A model generated the notes under the pieces. It had not been told where the DNA came from. It searched no databases and saw only the letters and a list, made by a program, of their open reading frames with translations. Below, piece by piece: positions 1 through 8,688 of a stretch of 64,000 nucleotides of DNA. Each line of letters starts with the position of its first letter. Position 1 is the stretch's first letter. A program made the position numbers and the translations under genes. Location: IMG/VR virus record IMGVR_UViG_3300042483_000388; one strand, 5' to 3'. Source of the DNA: a virus. Lineage: Duplodnaviria; Caudoviricetes.

Positions 1-360
1 ATGGTTAAAAAATATGGATATACTTACGTAACTTTAGATGTGTTTAATCAAGCTCCGGCCGATAAGAAAACATATAAATGGTGTCCTGCAGGGAAGAGTA
101 ACGTATACTTCACTAAAGGATGGAGTGGTGGTAGTACTGAAACTGCACCTACTGGTACTGAAACTCGTGTTTATAGTGGCGGAGGTGGAGGAGGTGGAAA
201 AACATACACCTTTGATGTTGCAGCAGTAAATAAATTAATAGATGAAAAATGTTCTAAGGATGGAAAACCTGGAGGAACAGGTGTTAATCTTGATGCTACT
301 GGCACACCAACACCAACACCAATACCTAATATGCCAAAAGACGTATTTGACATCACATAA
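1..360 (+). CDS. C-terminal part of a hypothetical protein with Gly-run and Pro-Thr linker (probably 5'-truncated by the window edge)
   Basis: Open from base 1; SGGGGGGGK and TPTPTP low-complexity linkers. Confidence 0.55.
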   Translation: MVKKYGYTYVTLDVFNQAPADKKTYKWCPAGKSNVYFTKGWSGGSTETAPTGTETRVYSGGGGGGGKTYTFDVAAVNKLIDEKCSKDGKPGGTGVNLDATGTPTPTPIPNMPKDVFDIT

Positions 361-379
361 AACTAATAAAAAAATATAT

Positions 380-595
380 ATGAGCAAAATTAAAATAACG
401 CAAAGACAAATGATAAGGATCCAAAAGTTCCTTAATGAAAGTATTATTATGGAACAAACCTCAGATGAGATTACCAATATCCAAAACAGGTTAAATACTT
501 GTTTTAATGCTGGATTAAAAGCTGATGGTAAAATGGGACCAAAAACCGCATCGGCTATTGAAACATATACTGGTTATGATGTTTCTGTTTCATAA
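380..595 (+). CDS. Leader-bearing small protein with peptidoglycan-binding-like motif
   Basis: Start moved to ATG380 (MSKIKITQRQ...FLNES leader); IQNRLN...LKADGKMGPKTASAI resembles PG_binding_1. Confidence 0.6.
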   Translation: MSKIKITQRQMIRIQKFLNESIIMEQTSDEITNIQNRLNTCFNAGLKADGKMGPKTASAIETYTGYDVSVS

Positions 596-611
596 GTTTA
601 AAAAAAATAAT

Positions 612-637
612 AAGGGAGATCAATCTCCCTTTTTTTA
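612..637 (+). terminator. Rho-independent terminator
   Basis: AGGGAGAT-CA-ATCTCCCT hairpin followed by T-run. Confidence 0.85.
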
Positions 638-652
638 TGCGGTTTTTTTTCT

Positions 653-660
653 TATATTTG
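653..660 (+). promoter_or_regulatory. Bacteroidota-type -7 element TAnnTTTG
   Basis: TATATTTG, 4 nt before ATG665; same spacing recurs at 8 other sites. Confidence 0.75.
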
Positions 661-664
661 TGAT

Positions 665-1054
665 ATGGAAAAAATGATATATCTTGTTAGAGGAATACCG
701 GGAAGTGGTAAATCAACATTTGCAAAACAACTAACTTCAAATGTGTTTGAGGCGGACCATTATTTTTATGATAATGATGGAAACTACAATTTTATTGCGT
801 CTGAAATAAAAGAGGCACATAAAGAGTGTCAACAATATGTTGGATACGCAATGGAATCAAACACACCAAAAATTGCGGTGTCAAACACATTCACACAAGA
901 GTGGGAACTCCAACCTTATTATGAATTGGCAATTAAGTATGGTTATTATGTGACCTCTATTATTGTGGAAAATAGACATGGTGGTGTTAACGAGCATGGA
1001 GTTCCTGAAGATAAGATTCAATTAATGAAAAACCGTTTTGAGATAAAAATATAA
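665..1054 (+). CDS. P-loop kinase, AAA_33/N4BP2-like (polynucleotide-kinase-like)
   Basis: Walker A RGIPGSGKS, EADHYF, VSNTFTQEWE..PY, HGVPEDKI. Confidence 0.8.
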   Translation: MEKMIYLVRGIPGSGKSTFAKQLTSNVFEADHYFYDNDGNYNFIASEIKEAHKECQQYVGYAMESNTPKIAVSNTFTQEWELQPYYELAIKYGYYVTSIIVENRHGGVNEHGVPEDKIQLMKNRFEIKI

Positions 1055-1057
1055 GAA

Positions 1058-1711
1058 ATGAAATTTGATAAAATATTAACTAGTGGTAAGGTATGGATTA
1101 CTTCAGATACGCACTATTCGCACAAAAACATTTGTAGAGGAGTTACGGTTTGGAGAACCATAGATGGGGATATTCCAATCGGTGCAACCAGAGATTTTCC
1201 TAATTTGGATGTAATGGATAGTGTTATTGTTGATAACATTAATGAGAAGGTAGGGCCTGATGATACTTTAATTCACTTGGGTGACGTGGCTTTTGGTGGT
1301 GTTGAAAAGATAGGACAATTTTTGGATCGTTTAGTTTGTAAAAACGTTCACCTTGTTTTGGGTAATCACGATCAGAACATAAAAAAAAATAGAGAGAACA
1401 ACAACGATAAATTTTTATCTATTCAAAACTACTTGGAGGTTAATATTGGTGGTGTTGATTTTGTGTTATCACATTATCCTTTATCAAGTTGGAACCAACT
1501 AAATAAAGGTTCAATTCACCTTCATGGACACGTACATCTACCAAGAAGTAAAAGATTTGGTAAAGGTAAAAAATTAGATGTTGGTATGGATGGTAATAAT
1601 CTTTATCCGTATAGTATAAGTGAGATTGTTCATATGATGGATAAACGATGTGTTGCGTCCGAGATGAATGGAGATCACCACTTAGATGTTATTATTGATC
1701 TTGTGGGTTAA
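1058..1711 (+). CDS. Calcineurin-like metallophosphoesterase
   Basis: SDTHYSH, HLGDV, GNHD, HYP, HGHVH motifs. Confidence 0.85.
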   Translation: MKFDKILTSGKVWITSDTHYSHKNICRGVTVWRTIDGDIPIGATRDFPNLDVMDSVIVDNINEKVGPDDTLIHLGDVAFGGVEKIGQFLDRLVCKNVHLVLGNHDQNIKKNRENNNDKFLSIQNYLEVNIGGVDFVLSHYPLSSWNQLNKGSIHLHGHVHLPRSKRFGKGKKLDVGMDGNNLYPYSISEIVHMMDKRCVASEMNGDHHLDVIIDLVG

Positions 1712-1726
1712 ATCGTAATTACAATA

Positions 1727-1733
1727 TATTTAT
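1727..1733 (+). promoter_or_regulatory. TATTTAT motif (candidate phage late promoter)
   Basis: 4 nt before ATG1738; recurs before leader-bearing genes. Confidence 0.6.
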
Positions 1734-1737
1734 TGGT

Positions 1738-2988
1738 ATGAGAAATATTGTTATAACTGAAAATCAATTAAGGATAATTACGGAAGCTTTAGGGGTTCCT
1801 GATAACATTTTGGATGCTGCCGATATGTTATATGACATTGTTGAAAGAGACATCAAATCAATAAGAGACATTCAAGATGTGTATAACTTTGATGGTGAAA
1901 TAGAATTTGAATTAGGTGATAAGAAAAAAATCAAAATTGATTCATATACTCTTACAGTAAAAATTGAGGAGATTGATGATGAAGAAGGGGTCTTAGATAT
2001 TATCTCAATGGGAATGGAAGGTGCTTTTGGATTTAATAGGGATGTTTATATGAAAGAAAACGAACCCTCAACAATTTTGGGATTAACAATAACATTTGCT
2101 GTTGGTGAAAATTGGAAACCTGAAGGACTTATTCAAAAAATGGAAGAAGAAAGAGACGAACATGTCGCATCTTTAGCTCATGAAATAAAACACAAATACG
2201 ATAAACAATCAAAACAATTTGGTTTAATTGGTCAAGACGCCGAATATCAAGCAACACAAAGAAGAGGTAGTTTTGGAATACCGGTAATTGATAGAGTTTT
2301 TTTTAGATACTTATATTATATTTCCGGTATTGAAAATCTTGTAAGACCAACTGAAGTGGCTTACAAGTTAAAAAGAAAAAATATTACAAAGTCACAATTC
2401 AAAGAATTTTTAGAAAATAATGTAGTTTATAAAGAACTCGTTGAAATTAAAAACTTCACATTTGAAGACTTCATCAATCAATTAAAAGAAAGTGAAGATA
2501 GGTTAGACGTTATTATTGACCACATTGGTGAAGACCCATCCAACATGACAATAGATGAAAAAATTAATAGAGTATTAGAAGTTGCTTATATTGATTTAGT
2601 TAATAATAGAATGCAAATGTTTATGACAATGACGGAACATGGAATGGATGATGTTATAAAATTTGGAACTCAACTTGGTATTTTACCTCCAGGGTTAGAA
2701 GGAAATTTGGAGGGAATTCAAAAGACAGATGCGATTAGACAAAAGTTTTTGAAATATGTTATGAAATACGAAAAAAACCCAACCAAATTTTTTGAAGATG
2801 AAATTGAAAACTTTCAATATGTCGCAAATAAAATGATAAAGAAAATATCAAAACTCTATGCTATGGCAAAAGATGATGAACAAGTTAGTGAATCAATTAT
2901 CAATTGGGAACTTCATCAACAAATTATGGAGAAAAAATACGGTAAAAGAAAAATAGAAACAAAATACAAAAATTGGAATCTTAAATAA
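1738..2988 (+). CDS. Leader-bearing protein with HExxH (zincin-like metallopeptidase motif)
   Basis: MRNIVITENQLRIITE leader; ASLAHEIKHKYD. Confidence 0.55.
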   Translation: MRNIVITENQLRIITEALGVPDNILDAADMLYDIVERDIKSIRDIQDVYNFDGEIEFELGDKKKIKIDSYTLTVKIEEIDDEEGVLDIISMGMEGAFGFNRDVYMKENEPSTILGLTITFAVGENWKPEGLIQKMEEERDEHVASLAHEIKHKYDKQSKQFGLIGQDAEYQATQRRGSFGIPVIDRVFFRYLYYISGIENLVRPTEVAYKLKRKNITKSQFKEFLENNVVYKELVEIKNFTFEDFINQLKESEDRLDVIIDHIGEDPSNMTIDEKINRVLEVAYIDLVNNRMQMFMTMTEHGMDDVIKFGTQLGILPPGLEGNLEGIQKTDAIRQKFLKYVMKYEKNPTKFFEDEIENFQYVANKMIKKISKLYAMAKDDEQVSESIINWELHQQIMEKKYGKRKIETKYKNWNLK

Positions 2989-3147
2989 TAATCTAAAGTC
3001 ATAGTTTGCTCAATACATGGATTTATTAACCACTAATCTCAATTGTATTCGTATTTATTAGTGAGCTCAACCTGCCCGTGGAATATGGGGGTTTCCTAAA
3101 AAGATTCTTCAAGAGAGTAAATAATTTTAATTTTATTTATTTTTACT

Positions 3148-5889
3148 ATGAAGAATATATTGCTTGGACTTTTTGTCCTGTTTTCTACTTTCACATTTTC
3201 ACAATCATGTCTCCACACTATTCGACGAACTGATACCTTTGGTGATGGTTGGAATGGAGGAACTGTAGCTGTTTCCGTTAATGGAGTAACTGTTTTATCC
3301 GGATTATCTTGTGTTGGAGCCGGTCCTACTTCTTCAACATTTAGTGCTGCAGTAGGATCAACAATTAGAGTGTACCGAACAGCTGCCGGACTTTACCCTA
3401 CAGAAATGCGTATACAAGTTCTCAGTGGTGCTGGTGCCATTATACTCAATACTGTTCAACCACTTGCTGGATCTGCAATTTCAGGAGGGTGGACAGTATT
3501 AGGAAGTTGTGCGGCAGCAGGACCTTGTACCAATACCTCATCATATGGTTCAGCTACTGCTCCATCTACACCAACAACAGTAGTTATTAGTACATGTCAA
3601 TTTCAGTCAGAGTACAGTACAATTTATTCTTGCATAGCAGGTCGAACATATCAATCGGCTTACAATTTAGGGGGATTCATAACGGTTAGATCGGGAACAT
3701 ACAATGGTGCTGTAGTTGCTAGTGGAAACAGCCCACTAAATTGGGTGTGCCCAACCTCAGGAACATATTTTGTCCATTATAATACAAATAATACTTGTGG
3801 GACAGCATCTTCTTGTGGGACATCTTCTATTTCTTGTTTAACTTGTTTGGCGCCAACTGCCCCACCAAATGATTTAGTGTGTAATTCAACATCTATTACT
3901 TGTGGTCAAACACTATCAGGAACTACTATAGATGCAACCAACACTGGAACGGGTGAAGGTGGATTTTGTTCTGTAAGTCAAACACAACCCGGTGTTTGGT
4001 ATGTTATTCCAGGAAACGGACAAATTATGACGGCAAATCTTTGTGCGACGGCATGGGATAGTAAAATGTCTGTATTTAGTGGCCCTAATTGCTCTACATT
4101 GTCATGTGTTGGAGGAAATGATGATTTTGGGCCCGCTTGTGCTAGTTCGTCCGCCTCATTTTCATGGTCATCGGTAGTTGGAACAAATTACTATATATTA
4201 GTTCATGGGTATAGTGCAAGTAGTACTTTTTCTATTAACCTAACTTGTATGTCTCCCCCACCACCAAATCCTACATCAATATCTGCAACACAAAATACTA
4301 TTTGTAATGGATCATCTACCACCCTAACCGCAAATGGTGCTGTGGGTGTGGTTTATTGGTATGTAGGAGGTTGTGCTTCCACTTTCGTATCAACCGGAAA
4401 TTCCATTTCGGTAAGTCCTGCATCAACCACCACATACTACGCAAGAAATCTAAACGGAGGTCTTTTTAGTGGTGGGTGTGCTTCAACAACAATAACGGTT
4501 AATCCCAATCCCAATGTAACCATAAGTTCGGTAACCAATACAATATGTGATGGATCAAACACCCAATTAATATCTAACATTAGTGGTGTGTCATCCCCAG
4601 GAAATCTTGTTGTGACCATATCCAGTGGTGGATTCTTAGATGAAAGTTCTTGGACTTTAACAAATAGTTTAGGTGCTGTAATTGGTTCAGGTGGACCTTA
4701 TGGTTTAGGGTCAACAAATATAATTCCAATCGGTTCATCGGCAAATGGTCCATACACACTTAATGTGGAAACTCAAGGAATATGGAATGACAACACGGCA
4801 AATTATTTGGTAACTTGTAACGGAACAACGGTCCTAAGTGGAAGTTTAGTTGGTGGGCAGAGCATAACACAATCAATCTCATCTTGTGGGTCTTCTCCTG
4901 GTGTAACATATCTATGGACACCTTCAAACGGACTTACAAATGCAAGTGCCCCAAGTCCATTTGCTTCTCCTACGACTACACAGACCTATCAGTTAACCGT
5001 AACTGCAAATGGGTGTTCAGTATCAACCTCCACAACAATAACCGTAAATCCTTCTGTTGGTTTTGTGTCTACAATATCTGGTAATAATACCATAATTGCC
5101 GGAACACAAGGAAGTTATTCAATAACACCGGTAGCAAACTCAAATTATCAATGGGCATACACCGAGTCCGTAACTGTGCCACTATGGATAAACGTTCCGA
5201 ACTCTAACTCACCATCAATAACATTTACTTGGCCACAGACAACAACTAATGGTTCGGCTAGAGTTATTATCAGTAATGCTTATGGGTGTGGAACTCAAAC
5301 CAGATTTTTTAATATTGTTACTAATGGTGCTCTTCCTGTTGAACTATTAAGTTTTGTTGGGGTTTGTGATAACAATTTAATATCATTAACTTGGAAAACG
5401 GCAAGTGAACATAATTCTGATTATTTTGAAGTTCTTAAATCAAGAGATGGTTTAAATTGGTCAATATTAACCACTTTAAATTCGGCTGGTAATTCAACCC
5501 AAGAATTAACTTATACCACAAAAGATGAAAACGCCATTGACGGGGATAACTATTATAAACTTCTTCAATATGATATTGATGGACAATCAAAAGAGTATGG
5601 GCCAATAAATGTAATGTGTAATGAAAACAAAAAAGGTTACTTTTCAATATTTCCTAATCCAAGTTCAGGATCTTTCCAAGTTGTGTTAAACAATAAAAAT
5701 ATGGTTGGTGATGGAAAATTAATTATTAAAGACACAAAAGGATCTGAAATACTTAATAAAGAAATTAATATTGTTTCAGGGATTAATTTATATAATATTG
5801 GAGATTTAAATATGGTGGATGGAATTTATTATGTTCAGGTAAGTAACGGAAATTTTTCAACACAAGTAATAAAACAAATAATAAAATAA
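3148..5889 (+). CDS. Secreted T9SS type-A sorting domain protein (Cys/Ser/Thr/Gly-rich, Ig-like repeats)
   Basis: Signal peptide MKNILLGLFVLFSTFTFSQ; DTFGDGWNGG; LPVELLSF domain; C-terminal IFPNPSSG...GIYYVQV...KQIIK. Confidence 0.85.
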   Translation: MKNILLGLFVLFSTFTFSQSCLHTIRRTDTFGDGWNGGTVAVSVNGVTVLSGLSCVGAGPTSSTFSAAVGSTIRVYRTAAGLYPTEMRIQVLSGAGAIILNTVQPLAGSAISGGWTVLGSCAAAGPCTNTSSYGSATAPSTPTTVVISTCQFQSEYSTIYSCIAGRTYQSAYNLGGFITVRSGTYNGAVVASGNSPLNWVCPTSGTYFVHYNTNNTCGTASSCGTSSISCLTCLAPTAPPNDLVCNSTSITCGQTLSGTTIDATNTGTGEGGFCSVSQTQPGVWYVIPGNGQIMTANLCATAWDSKMSVFSGPNCSTLSCVGGNDDFGPACASSSASFSWSSVVGTNYYILVHGYSASSTFSINLTCMSPPPPNPTSISATQNTICNGSSTTLTANGAVGVVYWYVGGCASTFVSTGNSISVSPASTTTYYARNLNGGLFSGGCASTTITVNPNPNVTISSVTNTICDGSNTQLISNISGVSSPGNLVVTISSGGFLDESSWTLTNSLGAVIGSGGPYGLGSTNIIPIGSSANGPYTLNVETQGIWNDNTANYLVTCNGTTVLSGSLVGGQSITQSISSCGSSPGVTYLWTPSNGLTNASAPSPFASPTTTQTYQLTVTANGCSVSTSTTITVNPSVGFVSTISGNNTIIAGTQGSYSITPVANSNYQWAYTESVTVPLWINVPNSNSPSITFTWPQTTTNGSARVIISNAYGCGTQTRFFNIVTNGALPVELLSFVGVCDNNLISLTWKTASEHNSDYFEVLKSRDGLNWSILTTLNSAGNSTQELTYTTKDENAIDGDNYYKLLQYDIDGQSKEYGPINVMCNENKKGYFSIFPNPSSGSFQVVLNNKNMVGDGKLIIKDTKGSEILNKEINIVSGINLYNIGDLNMVDGIYYVQVSNGNFSTQVIKQIIK

Positions 5890-5934
5890 GAAAATATCTT
5901 TATAATATTAAATTAAAGTCATAAAAAGAATATA

Positions 5935-5964
5935 AAGCCCCCAAATAAAAAGTGGGGGTTTTTT
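5935..5964 (+). terminator. Rho-independent terminator
   Basis: AAGCCCCCA...TGGGGGTTT hairpin plus T-run. Confidence 0.8.
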
Positions 5965-5986
5965 GTTTTTATTAGAAAAACTTTAT

Positions 5987-5994
5987 TATCTTTG
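5987..5994 (+). promoter_or_regulatory. TAnnTTTG element
   Basis: TATCTTTG, 4 nt before in-frame GTG5999. Confidence 0.7.
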
Positions 5995-5998
5995 TATT

Positions 5999-6187
5999 GT
6001 GAAAAAACCATGCAAAGAATGTCCCCACGTTATTAAGAATCGTCATAATGATATGATTGTTGAATTTGGTCGTAGGACCGGCAAACAACATAATTGTCAT
6101 ATGACAGAGGGTGTAAAAGATTTGTGGAATGTTACAGATAAAAAATTAGAATGTTATGGATCAAAGGAGATATCAAATGGAAAGTAA
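5999..6187 (+). CDS. Small Cys/His protein (CKECP...HNCH), possible metal binding
   Basis: Start moved to GTG5999 on promoter spacing. Confidence 0.6.
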   Translation: MKKPCKECPHVIKNRHNDMIVEFGRRTGKQHNCHMTEGVKDLWNVTDKKLECYGSKEISNGK

Positions 6188-6536
6188 AGAATGTGGTCAC
6201 GAGGATAGGTGTAATTGCGTAACAAAATACCCAATGCCTGAGTATGATCCATACACAGGAGAAAAAAATCCGTTATTGGAAACTACCACAAAACCGGTTA
6301 AAGATAAATCACACCAAATGGTTAGAGAATTTATATACGGAGTGTGTGATAAGACTGGATCTTGTGATTCCTACTTTGGGTTTTTCAAAAATGAAAAAGA
6401 TGCTGAACACGAAGTTGAGGTTCAATCTAATAGACTCAAGGAAGACTTGGGTATGATGGAAATTGAGATAAAAAAAGATAGAGCATTGTTTAACAATAAA
6501 TTAGTAATAGTAATTCATTCATATGTGTTAAGATGA
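6156..6536 (+). CDS. Hypothetical protein, paralog of 10532-10777 (start may be 6177)
   Basis: Shared IYGV.D...CD.YFG.FKN...IH..LR. Confidence 0.65.
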   Translation: MDQRRYQMESKECGHEDRCNCVTKYPMPEYDPYTGEKNPLLETTTKPVKDKSHQMVREFIYGVCDKTGSCDSYFGFFKNEKDAEHEVEVQSNRLKEDLGMMEIEIKKDRALFNNKLVIVIHSYVLR

Positions 6537-7360
6537 TAAACCCAACAGGAAAAAAATTAGAAAAAATTATCTTTAAATTGTTTGACGATGCAAGTCAAGG
6601 TGTTGATAGATATAATCACAATGGCAGTCTATGGGCTATCTTTACCGATGAAATGAGATGGGTTGTTGAATACACTAAAGACCAAACTCTATGGTATAAC
6701 TATAACTTCTTTAAAGATGAGATGGATTTAATTGGTTTGGATTGTGTTGAAAATAAAGACCTTATTCAAAAATGGTTTGAGTCAAGATTCTTAAATATTA
6801 ATTCAGTTGAAGACACCATTCAAAATGGGGTGAAACACACCCATTCAAACCCAATTCCCTTGACTTTCTCTGTTGAAGACACCATTCAAAATGGGGTGAA
6901 ACACACCGAGGAGGGATTGAGGCCTGATGACTCTGACGTTGAAGATACCATTCAAAATGGGGTGAAACACACCCTAGACATCGAACATGGGAATTATCTA
7001 AAGGTTGAAGACACCATTCAAAATGGGGTAAGACACACCCGGACAAGTTTCTTAAATCCATCCCTGCTAGTTGAAGACACCATTCAAAATGGGGTGAAAG
7101 AAACAACACCTAGTGGTTATTTGGGTTCAATAGAGATGAAAGGTAAAATAGTTCATCAAATTGAATCTCCAAAACAAAATAATGAGGTTGAAGACACCAT
7201 TCAAAATGGTGTGAAAGAGACTATTGGCACACTACGGCGTACTGCTAAGTGGGGTGTTGATGACATCATCCAAAATGGTGTAAAAGAAACTCATGACGAT
7301 TGTTCAAATAACATTGCAAGAGTTGAAGGTATAGTTAGAATAGGTGAAAAATTAAATTAA
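6533..7360 (+). CDS. Protein with unique N-terminal domain and 7 VEDTIQNGVK(H/E)T repeats separated by unique inserts
   Basis: ATGA coupling to upstream gene; repeat substitutions mostly synonymous. Confidence 0.7.
   Translation: MINPTGKKLEKIIFKLFDDASQGVDRYNHNGSLWAIFTDEMRWVVEYTKDQTLWYNYNFFKDEMDLIGLDCVENKDLIQKWFESRFLNINSVEDTIQNGVKHTHSNPIPLTFSVEDTIQNGVKHTEEGLRPDDSDVEDTIQNGVKHTLDIEHGNYLKVEDTIQNGVRHTRTSFLNPSLLVEDTIQNGVKETTPSGYLGSIEMKGKIVHQIESPKQNNEVEDTIQNGVKETIGTLRRTAKWGVDDIIQNGVKETHDDCSNNIARVEGIVRIGEKLN
6806..7327. CRISPR. CRISPR-like repeat-spacer array (36-bp repeat, mostly 30-bp spacers), type VI-B-like repeat, in frame within a CDS
   Basis: Repeat GTTGAAGACACCATTCAAAATGGGGTGAAACACACC at 6806, 6872, 6938, 7004, 7070, 7187, 7256 and a vestige at 7322; spacers 30,30,30,30,81,33,30 bp, all unique; no cas gene in window. 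Confidence 0.6.
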
Positions 7361-7396
7361 TAATAGAAGTAGTAAACATTATTAGAAAATAATACG

Positions 7397-7404
7397 TATA
7401 TTTG
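7397..7404 (+). promoter_or_regulatory. TAnnTTTG element
   Basis: TATATTTG, 4 nt before ATG7409. Confidence 0.7.
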
Positions 7405-7408
7405 TGGA

Positions 7409-7585
7409 ATGGAAAAAGAAGATAAAATAGAAATTAATGTAAAAAATGGTGACAATTTTCATATGGATAAAGATGTGTATATTCAATGGTTAAAAGCATT
7501 TATGGTACTAAATCTTGAAAAAGAGAATTATGATGAGTGTGCCAAGTTAAGGGATGAAATAAAATCTTTAGGTGAAGATTTTTAA
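7409..7585 (+). CDS. 58-aa protein with UVR (UvrB/C) motif; absent from ORF track
   Basis: Translated by hand: MEKEDKIE...LEKENYDECAKLRDEIKSLGEDF. Confidence 0.7.
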   Translation: MEKEDKIEINVKNGDNFHMDKDVYIQWLKAFMVLNLEKENYDECAKLRDEIKSLGEDF

Positions 7586-7599
7586 AATAATAAATTGTT

Positions 7600-7914
7600 A
7601 TGAAAACAAGAGAAACAAAATTTGGAACATATATAGAAATGGAAACAGAAACAAGCACAAAATTAACTGGTGATAAGATTACGGTATTTGTGGAAAGATT
7701 GAAAAAAATTGGAATTGAAGTTAAACTATCAGGAAACTTTCCTTGGGTATATATTACTGAAATCTGTGGTAAAAGAGTAACTGAAAAGTTTGAAGGGAAT
7801 CACGGGTTTACATTAATATTTTTACCAGGTAGAAACGATAGCCCACCATCTGATTTTACTGATATTACAGAGATATTTAAACTAATAAGAAAATATACAA
7901 ATGAAACTAATTAA
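7600..7914 (+). CDS. Hypothetical protein
   Basis: ORF track, coding strand. Confidence 0.65.
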   Translation: MKTRETKFGTYIEMETETSTKLTGDKITVFVERLKKIGIEVKLSGNFPWVYITEICGKRVTEKFEGNHGFTLIFLPGRNDSPPSDFTDITEIFKLIRKYTNETN

Positions 7915-8143
7915 ATTAACATCATATAGTGACAACGGTCCCATCTACATTAATATAAATGAAATCGGACATTTCAACGAAGGAGAAGGATACAAAATGA
8001 ATTCTAATGGTGTGGGACATAAAATGGAAAAATATACACAAGTAGGTGTAACAACACATAATGATGGTGGTTTTAAAGTTAAAGAAACACCATCAGAAAT
8101 AATTGATAAAATTTGGAACCTAATTAATAAACGAATAATATGA
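7901..8143 (+). CDS. Hypothetical protein (MIKL...ININEI...VKETP.EI type)
   Basis: ORF track. Confidence 0.6.
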   Translation: MKLIKLTSYSDNGPIYININEIGHFNEGEGYKMNSNGVGHKMEKYTQVGVTTHNDGGFKVKETPSEIIDKIWNLINKRII

Positions 8144-8664
8144 ATTTAGACAAACTAACAATGGACGAACTTATTTCATTAAGAAATGAAATTCAAGGAA
8201 AAATACATTCCTATGAAGATGGGTATTTGTATATCTGTTCTGTTCGTCAGTTTGGTAGTGTGTGGGAAGAAAAACCAAGTAGTTTATATGGTTTAAAAGA
8301 ACTTTGTGATTCATATTACGGTGACAATGGTATTGTTGATGTTTATACTAACAACCCAAATTTAGAATTTCCTGAAATGGAGTTTGAAAACTATGGTGAC
8401 GTTATGTTTATTAAATCAGAAGATGATTACCGTGACTGGGTTAAATACAACAAAGAAAAAAACTTTATTGATGATGTAACACAACGACTTGATGAGTGGG
8501 ATGAAAGTAAAAATTCACCATTTAAATATCGCCCTTCTTTTGCGCCAATTTGGACAAGAGAAGATCTTAATGAATGGGTTACAGAGTTTGAAAGTAAGAC
8601 ATGGGATTTTACCGAACCAAAATCTATGAAGATAAATTATTCCGAAGAAGATGGTGAAGATTAA
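8140..8664 (+). CDS. Hypothetical protein
   Basis: ORF track, ATGA coupling. Confidence 0.65.
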   Translation: MNLDKLTMDELISLRNEIQGKIHSYEDGYLYICSVRQFGSVWEEKPSSLYGLKELCDSYYGDNGIVDVYTNNPNLEFPEMEFENYGDVMFIKSEDDYRDWVKYNKEKNFIDDVTQRLDEWDESKNSPFKYRPSFAPIWTREDLNEWVTEFESKTWDFTEPKSMKINYSEEDGED

Positions 8665-8676
8665 AAAAATAATTAA

Positions 8677-8684
8677 TATATTTG
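8677..8684 (+). promoter_or_regulatory. TAnnTTTG element
   Basis: TATATTTG, 4 nt before ATG8689. Confidence 0.75.
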
Positions 8685-8688
8685 TAAT

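Noticed and set aside
176-198. GGCGGAGGTGGAGGAGGTGGA as a G-quadruplex or repeat element
   Set aside because: Fully explained by a poly-Gly linker in the ORF.
6798-7109. Minus-strand ORF with CVSPHFEWCLQ repeats
   Set aside because: It is the antisense reading of the array, with a TTG start and no promoter motif. The repeat changes are synonymous in the + frame, so the + frame is the selected one.
6533-7360. Diversity-generating retroelement or TIGR array as explanation of the repeats
   Set aside because: No reverse transcriptase or Nop-domain gene in the window, no adenine-specific variation between copies, and the 66-bp period with one repeat type does not fit.
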